A stretch of DNA of 64,000 bases, from the NCBI GenBank assembly GCA_963668645.2, contig CAXXWC010000003.1:433201-497200 (forward strand), written 5' to 3'. The notes beneath the pieces are model-generated. The model had not been told where the DNA came from and made no database searches. It saw only the letters and a program-made list of their open reading frames with translations. The translations under genes were made by a program, and so were the position numbers. This document shows, one piece after another, positions 39,855 to 50,268 of this stretch (positions are counted from its first letter, which is position 1; each line of letters starts with the position of its first letter). The DNA is from Desulfobacterales bacterium. Its GTDB lineage: Bacteria > Desulfobacterota > Desulfobacteria > Desulfobacterales > UBA2174.

Positions 39855-40733
<879 letters not shown>

Positions 40734-40885
40734 CTTCGAATACCTCTTTAGCGATGTAGGCGGAACCGGTCCGCGCGCAGTTTACGCTCACCACTCTTGA
40801 TACCGAGTATTGAGACCGTCATACTTCGGTCAGCCATCGTTTGCATTGGGCCAAACGATGGCACCGCTTTGAACCTGAAAAGGGA

Positions 40886-41965
40886 TTAAGGCAAATCAGA
40901 AGAGACCACAGAAACCTGCAATCCCCGAGAATCGACCCCAATCGGCAGCAGAATTCCGCCGGAAACCGTTGCCAGCGTATCTTGCCATTTTTCCCGCAGC
41001 CCTGCAATGGCTGTCTGCTCCCCCAGGGCCCAGATGCACCCCCCACCGCCGGCTCCGGCGAAACGGGCGCCGCAACCGGCGGCGATGGCGGCCTCCACCA
41101 GCAATCGGCCTCCCGAATCGAGGACCTGGGGCGTCATCCGGCGGCGCAAATCGGTCTCGGTGTTCATCGCGGCAACGGCCCCGGGCCAATCCTGGCGGCT
41201 CCAAGCTTCGATGAAATCATGGGTCAGAGCGACAATCCGGCGCCAATCCCGGCGATGGCGGCCCTTGAGAAATCCGCGCACCCACTGCCCGTTCACGTCA
41301 CTGGAGTGATGGGGCCGGCCGGCATAGGCCACCAGCAGGCCGCAGGCCGGATCCCGCTGCGCGTGGGGACGATTGAGCCGCCTGCGGCGAAACGGCGAAC
41401 CCGCCCGTCCATAGTCCCAGTACCAGCCGTTGACACCGCCGTAAGCGGCGGCCAACTGGTCCTGAAGACCGCAGGGCACGCCGGCCACGGCCGCTTCAAT
41501 CCGTTGCGCCAAGAGTGCGCATCCCAGCCGGTCAAGGGGCTTGCCCGCACCGCCAAGGGATACAAGCCTGGAAAAAGCCCCCACCAGGGCCACGGCAGCC
41601 ACCGAACTGCCCCCCAAGGCGCTGCGGGGAGGAGACTGCGAGTCGATTTCGATGGCCACCCCTTCGGCCCTGAAATAGGCGGCGATGGCAAACATCAATC
41701 CCAAGGGATGATCGAAGGGTGCCTCATCGAGAACAAAAGCGGCCGGCTCGAATCCGCGCGAAGCGACCCTCACCCTTCCGGGCCGATAGGCGGTCAATTT
41801 CACCCGGGTACGCAAATCCAACGCGAGGTTGAACGTACAGGGCGCCAGATGGCCCAACGGCATACCGATCGTGGCAATATCCAGTGTGCCGCCAAGATCG
41901 ATCCGGCAAGGCGCCGAGGCCGTGACCGTGTGGGCGGCGAGCAGTCCTGACCAGTCGGTGGTCAT
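40886..41965 (-). CDS. GHMP family sugar kinase (HddA/galactokinase-like)
   Basis: SAPCRIDLGG, PPRSALGGSS, G.QDQ, AGAGGGGC. Confidence 0.8.
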   Translation of the reverse strand: MTTDWSGLLAAHTVTASAPCRIDLGGTLDIATIGMPLGHLAPCTFNLALDLRTRVKLTAYRPGRVRVASRGFEPAAFVLDEAPFDHPLGLMFAIAAYFRAEGVAIEIDSQSPPRSALGGSSVAAVALVGAFSRLVSLGGAGKPLDRLGCALLAQRIEAAVAGVPCGLQDQLAAAYGGVNGWYWDYGRAGSPFRRRRLNRPHAQRDPACGLLVAYAGRPHHSSDVNGQWVRGFLKGRHRRDWRRIVALTHDFIEAWSRQDWPGAVAAMNTETDLRRRMTPQVLDSGGRLLVEAAIAAGCGARFAGAGGGGCIWALGEQTAIAGLREKWQDTLATVSGGILLPIGVDSRGLQVSVVSSDLP

Positions 41966-42765
41966 GGCGGATCTTCCCCGGTTGGCGCAGCGGGAGCCGC
42001 CGCACGCAGTTGCCGCAGAACCTGAAGGCTGCGCGGTTCACGGCCCAAATGAAACGGGACAAAGGTTTCCAACAAAATCTCCCCTTCATTCAGGGCGTTG
42101 GCCGAAAAACGCATCCGCCGGGCTTTGTCCAGATCTCCATCGGCAATCCAAATCAGCTGTTTGATCGTCCCCAGGCTGACCCGGATCCGACCGGTGGCGC
42201 CGCAGCCCGCGCAGACCAGCGCCCCGCGGGCCGGATCAAACCCCATTCCGGCCGGCTTCATCGCACTCAAATCCCGGCCGCAATCGATGCACGTGCCAAG
42301 CTGCGGCCCCAGTCCGGCCAAGTGCATGAAACGCAGCTGGAACAGCAGGGAAAGCGTCCGGGGAGTCAGCCGATCTTTGTCCAGGGCCGAAAGCGACTCG
42401 TAAAAGAGGCGATAGACCTCCGGCTGCGGTTGCCCCTCTTCGCCCCACAGATGAATGAGTTCGGCCCAATAGCTGGCGTATGCGGTCTTGACCACATCGT
42501 GGCGTATCCGGTCAAACGGCTCGTGCAGGCTCGCCTCGGACAGAATCGGCAGGTTCCCCCGCCGGCCGTTGTGACAACAGAGCCCCAAAACGGCGAACAG
42601 GTCCAGCACCCCACCGAACCGGCGCCGGCTTTTTTGGGCCGCCTTGGCCATCAGGGCAAGCTTCCCCTGGGCCGGCGTGATCACCTTGAGGATCAGATCG
42701 CCGTCGCCATAGGCAATGCGCTTGAGGAGAATCGCCGCTGTCGTAAACGCGTTATGGCCGGTCAT
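41962..42765 (-). CDS. recO: DNA repair protein RecO
   Basis: YGDGDLI, G.L..AK.A.KS.RRFGG, C..C and C..C Zn site; usual position upstream of glyQ. Confidence 0.88.
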   Translation of the reverse strand: MTGHNAFTTAAILLKRIAYGDGDLILKVITPAQGKLALMAKAAQKSRRRFGGVLDLFAVLGLCCHNGRRGNLPILSEASLHEPFDRIRHDVVKTAYASYWAELIHLWGEEGQPQPEVYRLFYESLSALDKDRLTPRTLSLLFQLRFMHLAGLGPQLGTCIDCGRDLSAMKPAGMGFDPARGALVCAGCGATGRIRVSLGTIKQLIWIADGDLDKARRMRFSANALNEGEILLETFVPFHLGREPRSLQVLRQLRAAAPAAPTGEDPP

Positions 42766-42870
42766 GATCTGTCATCCGTGCTGCTGCCGGCACAGTGGCC
42801 AACGCCGGTGTTTCCTGGGGCCCCCGCCGTGCTCCGGTTGCCTGCCGCCATTTGCACCGATCGGTTCACA

Positions 42871-43674
42871 TCACGGCAGTTTGAGCGTCACGACCTGGCC
42901 CCCACGGCCGGGTACGGGCACCCCTTTACCGTTCAAGCTCAGGTGAACACCCGCCGCATTGCCGATGAGCAGGTTAAATCCGTGGCGCGCTTCTACTTGC
43001 ACCCGCTGGTCCACCTTGAGGGGCATTTGCCGGGGCGGCTGATCGTCTATGATCACTTTCACCCAGGTATTTTCGTTAGCCCGGATCTCAAGCCGGTAAG
43101 GCTTATCTGCAGCTGCCGGCGCCGAAGCAGATGGTTGCACCGTGGAAGGATCTTCGGCGGCAGCTGTCGGCTCCCCTCCCTGCAATCGGTCCGCATCGGT
43201 GCGACCGGGTGTATGCGGTGCCCGGCTCGCGGCGGCTTGCTTTCCCGGTTGAGCGGGCACCTGGTTCACGGGTGCCGGCGGGGGGGCGAAGATCACCAGC
43301 GAAACGCCGATAATAAGGGCGAGCCCGGAGAAGGCCGCAACGAGTCGGAGCCAAAACCGCCGGTTGCTCGGGGCCGGCGCTGTCTTGCAAGGGGTGCGGT
43401 CAGCCCCCGGCGTGCGACCGGCCGGCGTGCGGCGAGCCAGATAGGATGTCACGGCGAGATCGCCATCGGCGCCGACTTCTGCGGCATAAGCCCTCAAAAA
43501 GCCTTTGACAAAAACATCAGCCGGCAACTTGGCGGTGTTCTCATCCTCGATGTGGTGCAAGACCTCAAGGCTGACACAGGTCGCCGAGGCCACGGCCTCC
43601 AAAGAGATCCCCTTTTCGAGACGTGCGGCGCGCAGGTATTGGCCAAAACTGGTTTGAATCGGGTCGGTGGACAT
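42871..43674 (-). CDS. rodZ: RodZ-like HTH, transmembrane, DUF4115 protein
   Basis: GQYLRAAR..GISLE, FVKGFLRAYA, one TM helix, C-terminal W..V..D...GNA.GV.L.LNG. Confidence 0.7.
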   Translation of the reverse strand: MSTDPIQTSFGQYLRAARLEKGISLEAVASATCVSLEVLHHIEDENTAKLPADVFVKGFLRAYAAEVGADGDLAVTSYLARRTPAGRTPGADRTPCKTAPAPSNRRFWLRLVAAFSGLALIIGVSLVIFAPPPAPVNQVPAQPGKQAAASRAPHTPGRTDADRLQGGEPTAAAEDPSTVQPSASAPAAADKPYRLEIRANENTWVKVIIDDQPPRQMPLKVDQRVQVEARHGFNLLIGNAAGVHLSLNGKGVPVPGRGGQVVTLKLP

Positions 43675-43685
43675 GTTACGACGAT

Positions 43686-44666
43686 TTATAGGATGGTACG
43701 GATATAGGAGCGCTGGCGCAAGCCATCGAGCCACGAGCGGAATTTGTCATCGACAAACTGCCGGTAAAGCGTGTCTTCGATTTGAGCCTTCACCTCTTCG
43801 AAGCTTTTCCCCCCAGCCCGGACGATCTTGTCAAGGTAAAAAAGCTGAGCCCCCTGCTCGGTATTGAGCCAATCGGTATACTGCCCTTCGGCCAGGGGCT
43901 GGATGGCGGTTCGAATTTGAGGAGAGAGCCGATCCAGGGGAAACTGTCCCAGGTCGCCGCCATTGGCGGCCTGGGCGGCCTGGCTGTAACGCTTGGCGAC
44001 GTCTGCAAACGGCGTCCCTCCGGCCAGGGCATCCAGAATTTGCGCCTGCCGGGCGGCCAGATCCTGGGTGTCGGAAGACAGCAGGATGTTGCGCAGATGA
44101 TAGCGCCGCTGATCGCCGAACTCTGCCGGATGGCTTTCATAGTAATCCTTGGCATCTTCAGCCGTAATCACGGTGCGAGCCTTTATCTCGCGATTGACCA
44201 GCTTGGATCGCAGGATCTGCTGGCGGACGTTCTCCCGATATTCAGCCAGGGTGGATCCCTGGCTGGCCATCGCTTCGCGCAGCATCTCGTCGGTGAAAAA
44301 ATTGGCCTGCTTGACCCTCTCGATGGCGTTATCGACCTCGGCCGGTTCGACGGTCAGCCCCAATCGCCGCACCTCCTGGTCGGTGAGCATCCGATCGATG
44401 AGCTGGGAGAGGATCTCCTGGCGAATTTTGAATTTTAGTTCGTGTTCTTTTTCCGGTGCATAACCGGAATTTGCGAGGCGTTCAACGTAAGGCTTGATGG
44501 CAACTTCCAATTCGCTGAGTAGAATCACATCGTCGTTGACGACGGCCACCACCCGATCCACCAGTTCAACGGCGCCGGCCGGAGAGGCCAGTACCACCAG
44601 CAGCGCCATTGCCATCCGTCTGACCAGGGAGCGCGGCAAACAGCCAAATTTTTTAAAAATCGCCAT
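43686..44666 (-). CDS. surA: SurA/PrsA-like peptidyl-prolyl isomerase chaperone
   Basis: Signal-like N-terminus, VDRVVAVVNDDVI..SE, parvulin F..AK.YS..GGDLG; follows mfd. Confidence 0.75.
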   Translation of the reverse strand: MAIFKKFGCLPRSLVRRMAMALLVVLASPAGAVELVDRVVAVVNDDVILLSELEVAIKPYVERLANSGYAPEKEHELKFKIRQEILSQLIDRMLTDQEVRRLGLTVEPAEVDNAIERVKQANFFTDEMLREAMASQGSTLAEYRENVRQQILRSKLVNREIKARTVITAEDAKDYYESHPAEFGDQRRYHLRNILLSSDTQDLAARQAQILDALAGGTPFADVAKRYSQAAQAANGGDLGQFPLDRLSPQIRTAIQPLAEGQYTDWLNTEQGAQLFYLDKIVRAGGKSFEEVKAQIEDTLYRQFVDDKFRSWLDGLRQRSYIRTIL

Positions 44667-44802
44667 CAGACCACCTGTTCGATCCGCGACGGGGTGGACC
44701 AAGACCACTTTAGCATTTAATGTTCATCGGTCAGGCCCCGCCATCGATCGTGCCCCATAAAGGGCGGTTTAAAAGTCCGGTTTCACACAACACACTGAAA
44801 TT

Positions 44803-47800
44803 TCAGCTATTAACACGTAGGCCAATTTCATGCAACAGGTTTTTGGTTTCGACAATGGGACCGAGCCCATCCCCGCGGTCAAGGGTGACCCGCAGCACCT
44901 GGTCCGGGCTCAGAACAAAGCGCTCCGGCGCCTGCTGAATCATGCGCACCAGGGCCGCGGGATTCTTTTGGTGCGTTTCTGAAAAAGCCAGCTGCAGCTG
45001 CCGGCCGGCCAGATCGAGGCGGCGCACCCCGGCCTGCTCGGCAAGGACCTTGAGCATGATTTTGGCCAGCAGGTGTTTCCCCTCTTCGGGCAAAGAACCG
45101 AAGCGATCGGTCAACTCGGCCTTAATGTCGTTGATCTCCTTCAGGCTACGCACGCGCGACAAGCGCCGATAGGTCATCAGCCGCTGATCGATGTCCGGCA
45201 GGTAGGTTTCTGGCAAGAAGGCTGTCAGGGGTACATTGATTTCGGGAACCAGCCGCTCGACGCGCACTTCCCCCTTCAGTTCGTCCATGGCCTGTTCCAT
45301 CAAATCGAGAAACAGGTCGTAGCCCACCGCTGCGATATGGCCGCTTTGGGATGCACCGAGAATCGTTCCGCCGCCCCGGATCCGCAGATCGTTCATGGCG
45401 ATTTGGAAACCGGCGCCCAAATCGCTGTGCTCCATCAACACCTTGAGCCGCTTCTGGGCATCGGCGGTGAGCAGACTGTCCGGCGGGATGATCAGGTAGG
45501 CATAAGCCTGAACGTCCGAGCGACCTACCCGACCTCTGAGCTGGTAAATCTGGGATAGACCGAAACGGTCGGCGCGATTGATCAGCAGGGTGTTGGCCGC
45601 CGGGATGTCCAGTCCCGATTCGATGATGGTGGTACACACGAGAAGGTCAATCTCATGGGAGACGAAACGCATCATGACGGTTTCCAGAGCGGCAGCATCC
45701 ATCTGGCCGTGGGCCACGTCAAGACGCACCTCCGGAACCATGGCCTTGATGCGCCCGGCCATGCGGTCGATGTTGCCGACGTTGTTGTGGACGAAAAAAA
45801 TCTGTCCGCCCCGGCCAAGCTCCTTGCGAATGGCTTCGGCGATGAGGGTTTCGTCGAACTCACAGACGTAGGTCACGATGGAACGCCGCTGTTCGGGCGG
45901 GGTGGAGATCACCGAAATGTCCCGGATGCCCATCAACGACAGATGCAAGGTACGGGGGATGGGTGTGGCGGTCAACGCCAGGACGTCGACGTTCTGGCGC
46001 AGTTGCTTGAGCCGCTCTTTGTGGCGCACGCCGAACCGCTGCTCCTCGTCCAGGATCACCAGGCCGAGGTCTTTGAAAACCACGTCCTTTTGCAACAGCC
46101 GATGGGTACCGATGACGATGTCGAGCCGGCCGTCCTGCAAGTCGGCAAGGATTTGGCGCTGGATCCGCGGCGGGCGGAAGCGACTCAGGCAGGCCACTTG
46201 GACCGGCTGGCGGGCAAAACGCCGCTGGAACGTCTCGTAATGCTGCTCGGCCAGCACCGTGGTGGGTACCAGCATGGCGACCTGCCGGCCGGCGTTGACC
46301 GCCACGAAGGAAGCGCGCAGGGCCACTTCAGTTTTGCCGTACCCCACATCCCCGCATACCAACCGGTCCATGGGGGTCGACGACTGCATATCGGCCAGGA
46401 CCTCGTCGATGGCCTTGAGCTGATCTTCGGTCTCCTCATAGGCAAAACCGGCCTCAAAACTGCGATAATCGCTGTCGGGCGGATCATAGACCTGCCCTTG
46501 GATGACGCGCCTGGCGGCGTATAGATCGAGCAGCTCGCCGGCAATCCGTTCCACCGAGCGGCGCACCTTGGCCTTGACCTTTTCCCAGCTGCGGCCGCCC
46601 ATCTTGTCCAGCACCGGCGCGATGCCATCGACGCCCATGTACTTTTGAATCGTCTCCATGCGGTCGATGGGCAGATAAAGCCGGTCACCGTCACGGTAAA
46701 CGATCAGCAGGTAGTCGTTGGTATGCCCTTCCAGGCGCAGCTTGGTCAGCCCTTCGTAACGCCCGATTCCGTGATCCACGTGCACCACCAGATCCCCCTG
46801 GTGCAAGTCCTGCAGCCCGAGCAGTTCACCGACGCTGCGACGCCGCCCCCTGGACCGCCGGCGCTGCTTTTCCCCGAAAATCTCGTCTTCGGTTATCAGG
46901 CCGAGGCCCTCCGCAACCCAGGAAAACCCGGCGGACAACTGCCCCAGGCAGATAAACAGGCCGCGGTCCTTCCTTTGCCGGTATGAAAAGCGATCCAGGC
47001 GGCGCAGGTCCAATGCGTAGGGTTCCAGCAGCATATCGAGCCGATCGACCTGGGCACGGGTCCGGCACAACAAGAAAGTGGCCCCAGGCCCTCGGGCGGC
47101 TTCTTGCAGGTGTTCGACGAGCGGCATCAGCCGCTGGTGGGGCTCGGAAACCGTCGCCAGGGCCAGTTTCAGCGCCCCGTTGTCGGTGACTTGAAAATGC
47201 TGCCATCCGGATTCGGCAAGGGGCCGGTGCGGTGCCTCGGCAGCTTCCGCACCCGTCGCAAACGGGTGGCAGTGCAATGATTGGTGGGCTTTCAAACGAG
47301 TTTCCAGCTCTTTCCATCGCATCTGCAGCGCGGCCGGTGATACGCAAAGGCGGCCATCGCGGCGCGCACTGATGTAAGAACGGGCCGTCTGCCGCCATAC
47401 CCCTTGGACGGCGCTTTTCAAATTCGGCACATCCCAAAGCACCCACAGCGTATCGGGGTGAACGTAGTCGAACAGGCAGTCGAGCTGTTCGTACATCAGA
47501 CCGATCAGGCTCTCGGCCCCGGGCAGGACCCCTTCCCGGCGAAGGCGTTCACTGAGCTCGCGGACCAGCGAAGGTTTGAGCCCAAGTTGCGCGGCCCGCG
47601 CCCTTACCCGTGAGACGACCCGAGGCAAACGGCTCTCATCGAGGATCGCCTCCCGGGCCGGCAGGATCACCGCCTCGGTGCATATCCCTGTCTTGCGCTG
47701 GGTCTCGGGGGAAAAGAACCGCAGTTCCTCGACGACATCACCGAACATCTCGATGCGCACCGGTTCGTCGAAAATCGGTGAAAAAACGTCGATAATGCCA

Positions 47801-48321
47801 CCGCGCACCGAAAAATCGCCCGGCTCCTCGGTGATCACGGTGCGCGTGTATCCACCGGCCAGGAGCCGTGAGATGAACCGCTCCGTATCCAGGTTCTCTG
47901 CGGGCAAGACCAGATCCAGATAATCGACTAGGGCCGCCTTGGGAACCATCCGCTGCATCAGGGCCATCACCGGCACCACCGTCACGCCAGGCTCCTGATC
48001 CGCGATGAGCCGGTAAAGGGTGCGGATCCGGCTGGCGGCAGTTTCCCCGTGGTAGGCCAACCGTTTGTAGGGCAGCAGATTGTAGGCCGGAAATTCGAGC
48101 AGCGCGGCCTCAGGCGGCAAGAAGAATCGCAGATCGGTCTCGAAGCTGGCCGCGTTTTCACTGGACGGCAAGACCACCACCACCGGCCTGGCCGTGTTGC
48201 GGTGCAGGCGGGCCACGGTGTAAGCCAAGGACGAAGCGGTCAGTCCGGTGGCTTGGATCGTATCCTGCTGCAGAGCCGCTTGCAGGTCATCAAATGTAGC
48301 GGATTTCAAATCGCATCTCAC
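44803..48321 (-). CDS. mfd: Transcription-repair coupling factor
   Basis: VRGGIID, VH..HGIG.Y, GDVGYGKTEV, DEEQRFGV, QLRGRVGRS, TRG and TRCF regions; start approximate. Confidence 0.95.
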   Translation of the reverse strand: MRCDLKSATFDDLQAALQQDTIQATGLTASSLAYTVARLHRNTARPVVVVLPSSENAASFETDLRFFLPPEAALLEFPAYNLLPYKRLAYHGETAASRIRTLYRLIADQEPGVTVVPVMALMQRMVPKAALVDYLDLVLPAENLDTERFISRLLAGGYTRTVITEEPGDFSVRGGIIDVFSPIFDEPVRIEMFGDVVEELRFFSPETQRKTGICTEAVILPAREAILDESRLPRVVSRVRARAAQLGLKPSLVRELSERLRREGVLPGAESLIGLMYEQLDCLFDYVHPDTLWVLWDVPNLKSAVQGVWRQTARSYISARRDGRLCVSPAALQMRWKELETRLKAHQSLHCHPFATGAEAAEAPHRPLAESGWQHFQVTDNGALKLALATVSEPHQRLMPLVEHLQEAARGPGATFLLCRTRAQVDRLDMLLEPYALDLRRLDRFSYRQRKDRGLFICLGQLSAGFSWVAEGLGLITEDEIFGEKQRRRSRGRRRSVGELLGLQDLHQGDLVVHVDHGIGRYEGLTKLRLEGHTNDYLLIVYRDGDRLYLPIDRMETIQKYMGVDGIAPVLDKMGGRSWEKVKAKVRRSVERIAGELLDLYAARRVIQGQVYDPPDSDYRSFEAGFAYEETEDQLKAIDEVLADMQSSTPMDRLVCGDVGYGKTEVALRASFVAVNAGRQVAMLVPTTVLAEQHYETFQRRFARQPVQVACLSRFRPPRIQRQILADLQDGRLDIVIGTHRLLQKDVVFKDLGLVILDEEQRFGVRHKERLKQLRQNVDVLALTATPIPRTLHLSLMGIRDISVISTPPEQRRSIVTYVCEFDETLIAEAIRKELGRGGQIFFVHNNVGNIDRMAGRIKAMVPEVRLDVAHGQMDAAALETVMMRFVSHEIDLLVCTTIIESGLDIPAANTLLINRADRFGLSQIYQLRGRVGRSDVQAYAYLIIPPDSLLTADAQKRLKVLMEHSDLGAGFQIAMNDLRIRGGGTILGASQSGHIAAVGYDLFLDLMEQAMDELKGEVRVERLVPEINVPLTAFLPETYLPDIDQRLMTYRRLSRVRSLKEINDIKAELTDRFGSLPEEGKHLLAKIMLKVLAEQAGVRRLDLAGRQLQLAFSETHQKNPAALVRMIQQAPERFVLSPDQVLRVTLDRGDGLGPIVETKNLLHEIGLRVNS

Positions 48322-48588
48322 AAATTTTATTACAGGCCCATTGGGGCCGTGAAGGCGAAACTGCCAACCAGGCCGCCGCCGGCCATATTCCAAAGACCGT
48401 CCGCCCCTTACCATCGAAACAGCGCCAAGTAAAGATGCCCCCTTGCAGGGCTTTTGACCGGCCACAGCGCAACCGGGTCGCCAGCCCTTGCCCGGTTTGG
48501 TCCGGAGTGATACAAACGCCACACTGTTTGGGCGGCTCATCGCCGCCCGGGAAATACATCAGGGAGACCGCAGGATTGGATATACTTC

Positions 48589-49359
48589 ATGCGTAAGATT
48601 GCCATCGCCATGGCCAAAGGCGGTGTCGGCAAGACCACGACGGCCGTTAATCTGGCACACGCCTTGGCACGGTTGGGACGCCGGGTCCTGCTGATCGATT
48701 GCGATACCCAGGGCCAGAGCGCCAAGTTTCTCGGGCTCGATCCATGCCACGGGCTTTACGAATTTGTCACTGGATACGACGAGGGGGGGCAGCGGATACC
48801 CAAGAGCGAGGTGGTCACCAGCGCCCGAGAAAATCTCTGGCTGCTGGCTGGTGGCATCAAGCTGGTGGAATTGAAAAATTGGCTTGGCGAACAGCCCCGC
48901 GAACTGCGCCAGACCTTGCTCGCCAAAGCCCTGGTACCGAAAAGCGGGGTGCTCGACTACCTGCTTTTCGACTGCGCACCGGGCTGGGATGTACTCAGCG
49001 TCAACATCCTCATGGCCGCCGAGGAAGTGCTCTGTCCCGTGGCCTTGCAGGCACCTGCGGTGGAAGGCCTGAAAACCTTTTTCGGCTATCTGCTATCGGC
49101 CCAGAAGCTCAACACAAGGTTGCAGCTGCGCTACATCCTGCCGACTCTTTACGATCGGCGCATTCGCCAGAGCGAATCGATCCTGCGCCAGCTGCGCCGC
49201 CTGTTTCAGCGTCAGATCTGCGATCCTGTGCACTACAATGTCCGATTGTGCGAAGCACCGGCCTTTGGTAAAACAATTTTCGAGTACGCGCACCAGGCCC
49301 GTGGGGCCTTGGACTATCAACAACTTGCCCGGAGAATCGACGCTAATGGCACGCAGTAA
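48589..49359 (+). CDS. ParA/MinD family ATPase (orphan, no ParB)
   Basis: KGGVGKTT deviant Walker A, IDCDTQG, DCAP, EAP.FGKTIFEY. Confidence 0.88.
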   Translation: MRKIAIAMAKGGVGKTTTAVNLAHALARLGRRVLLIDCDTQGQSAKFLGLDPCHGLYEFVTGYDEGGQRIPKSEVVTSARENLWLLAGGIKLVELKNWLGEQPRELRQTLLAKALVPKSGVLDYLLFDCAPGWDVLSVNILMAAEEVLCPVALQAPAVEGLKTFFGYLLSAQKLNTRLQLRYILPTLYDRRIRQSESILRQLRRLFQRQICDPVHYNVRLCEAPAFGKTIFEYAHQARGALDYQQLARRIDANGTQ

Positions 49360-49642
49360 AGAAGATCCCAGGTCCGATCTGTTCGAGGACTCGCCGGTGG
49401 ACCCCATGACCACCGCCACCGGCCCCGCTGCCCGGGGCCCCAACCGTCTGCCCCCCAAACGCAAGGTCGGCTTTTACATCTCGACGGATTTGCTCGATCG
49501 GTTCGAACGCAGGTTCTACGAACTCAAGCTTTCCGGTGTCCGGATCGCCAACAAATCGGCGCTGATTGAAATGGCGATCGAAATGGCCCTGGAAGACATG
49601 GACCTGGGCGCTGCCAGCCGGCTGCGCAACCGGCTGGGTTGA
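49346..49642 (+). CDS. Small ParA partner, putative ribbon-helix-helix protein
   Basis: Overlaps the parA stop; disordered N-terminus, then KVGFYIS strand, helix and NKSALIE helix. Confidence 0.6.
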   Translation: MARSKEDPRSDLFEDSPVDPMTTATGPAARGPNRLPPKRKVGFYISTDLLDRFERRFYELKLSGVRIANKSALIEMAIEMALEDMDLGAASRLRNRLG

Positions 49643-49747
49643 CCCCTCGCAGACATGGCCTGCGGCCCGCCATTCCTTTTGCCTGCAAGTCCCCGATTTC
49701 GACTTGACCCGTCGTAAATCCTTGTGCTACAAGCCCATCACCCTTGG

Positions 49748-49823
49748 GCCGACGTAGCTCATTCGGTAGAGCAGCTGATTCGTAATCAGCAGGTAGGCGG
49801 TTCGATTCCGCCCGTCGGCTCCA
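49748..49823 (+). tRNA. tRNA-Thr(CGT)
   Basis: GCCGACG/CGTCGGC acceptor stem, CTGAT-tCGTaa-TCAG anticodon arm, GGTTCGA T-loop, encoded CCA. Confidence 0.95.
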
Positions 49824-49935
49824 ACCTTGGAGAAACAGTCGCCGCTTTTGCCGTACGCCCGCGCCATTGCACCCCTTTAAGACCGGATCCCACACTTGAG
49901 GCATTGTTGCCTCCGGCAGAGCAAAGGACGAGTCG

Positions 49936-50259
49936 GTGAACTATATCGATGCCATCGAGGGGACGGTCCGCGTCATCATCCAACACCTTCACGCGCATTT
50001 TGTCGATGGGAATCAGGACGACTCGGAATACATCCGCGCCATCCGCCTGATCATTGAAGGGGCGGCCTCCTTCGTGGCTGACCACCCGGAACTGATGACC
50101 CCGCAGGACGTATTCAAAGAAGTCCTTTACCAATACGCCAAAGGACTGTGGATGGAGACCATCAACGCCATCTACCCAGCCCTGGCCGCAGCCGAACCCC
50201 ACGATTATCGCAGCTACTACTTTGACTACATTTACGCCCATGGGACCTATCCGGGCTGA
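49936..50259 (+). CDS. Hypothetical protein (107 aa, Tyr-rich C-terminus)
   Basis: AAGGA SD, coherent codon usage; no recognised motif. Confidence 0.6.
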   Translation: MNYIDAIEGTVRVIIQHLHAHFVDGNQDDSEYIRAIRLIIEGAASFVADHPELMTPQDVFKEVLYQYAKGLWMETINAIYPALAAAEPHDYRSYYFDYIYAHGTYPG

Positions 50260-50268
50260 GACCCGACG

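Noticed and set aside
48322..48540. N-terminal extension of Mfd in the ORF track, and similar extensions for the SDR, M20, livH and rodZ genes
   Set aside because: The extensions are non-conserved-looking sequence over intergenic regions or neighbouring genes; downstream starts fit the family N-termini better.
49748..50259. tRNA-Thr as an integration site for a mobile element
   Set aside because: No integrase and no duplicated tRNA 3' end seen in the window.
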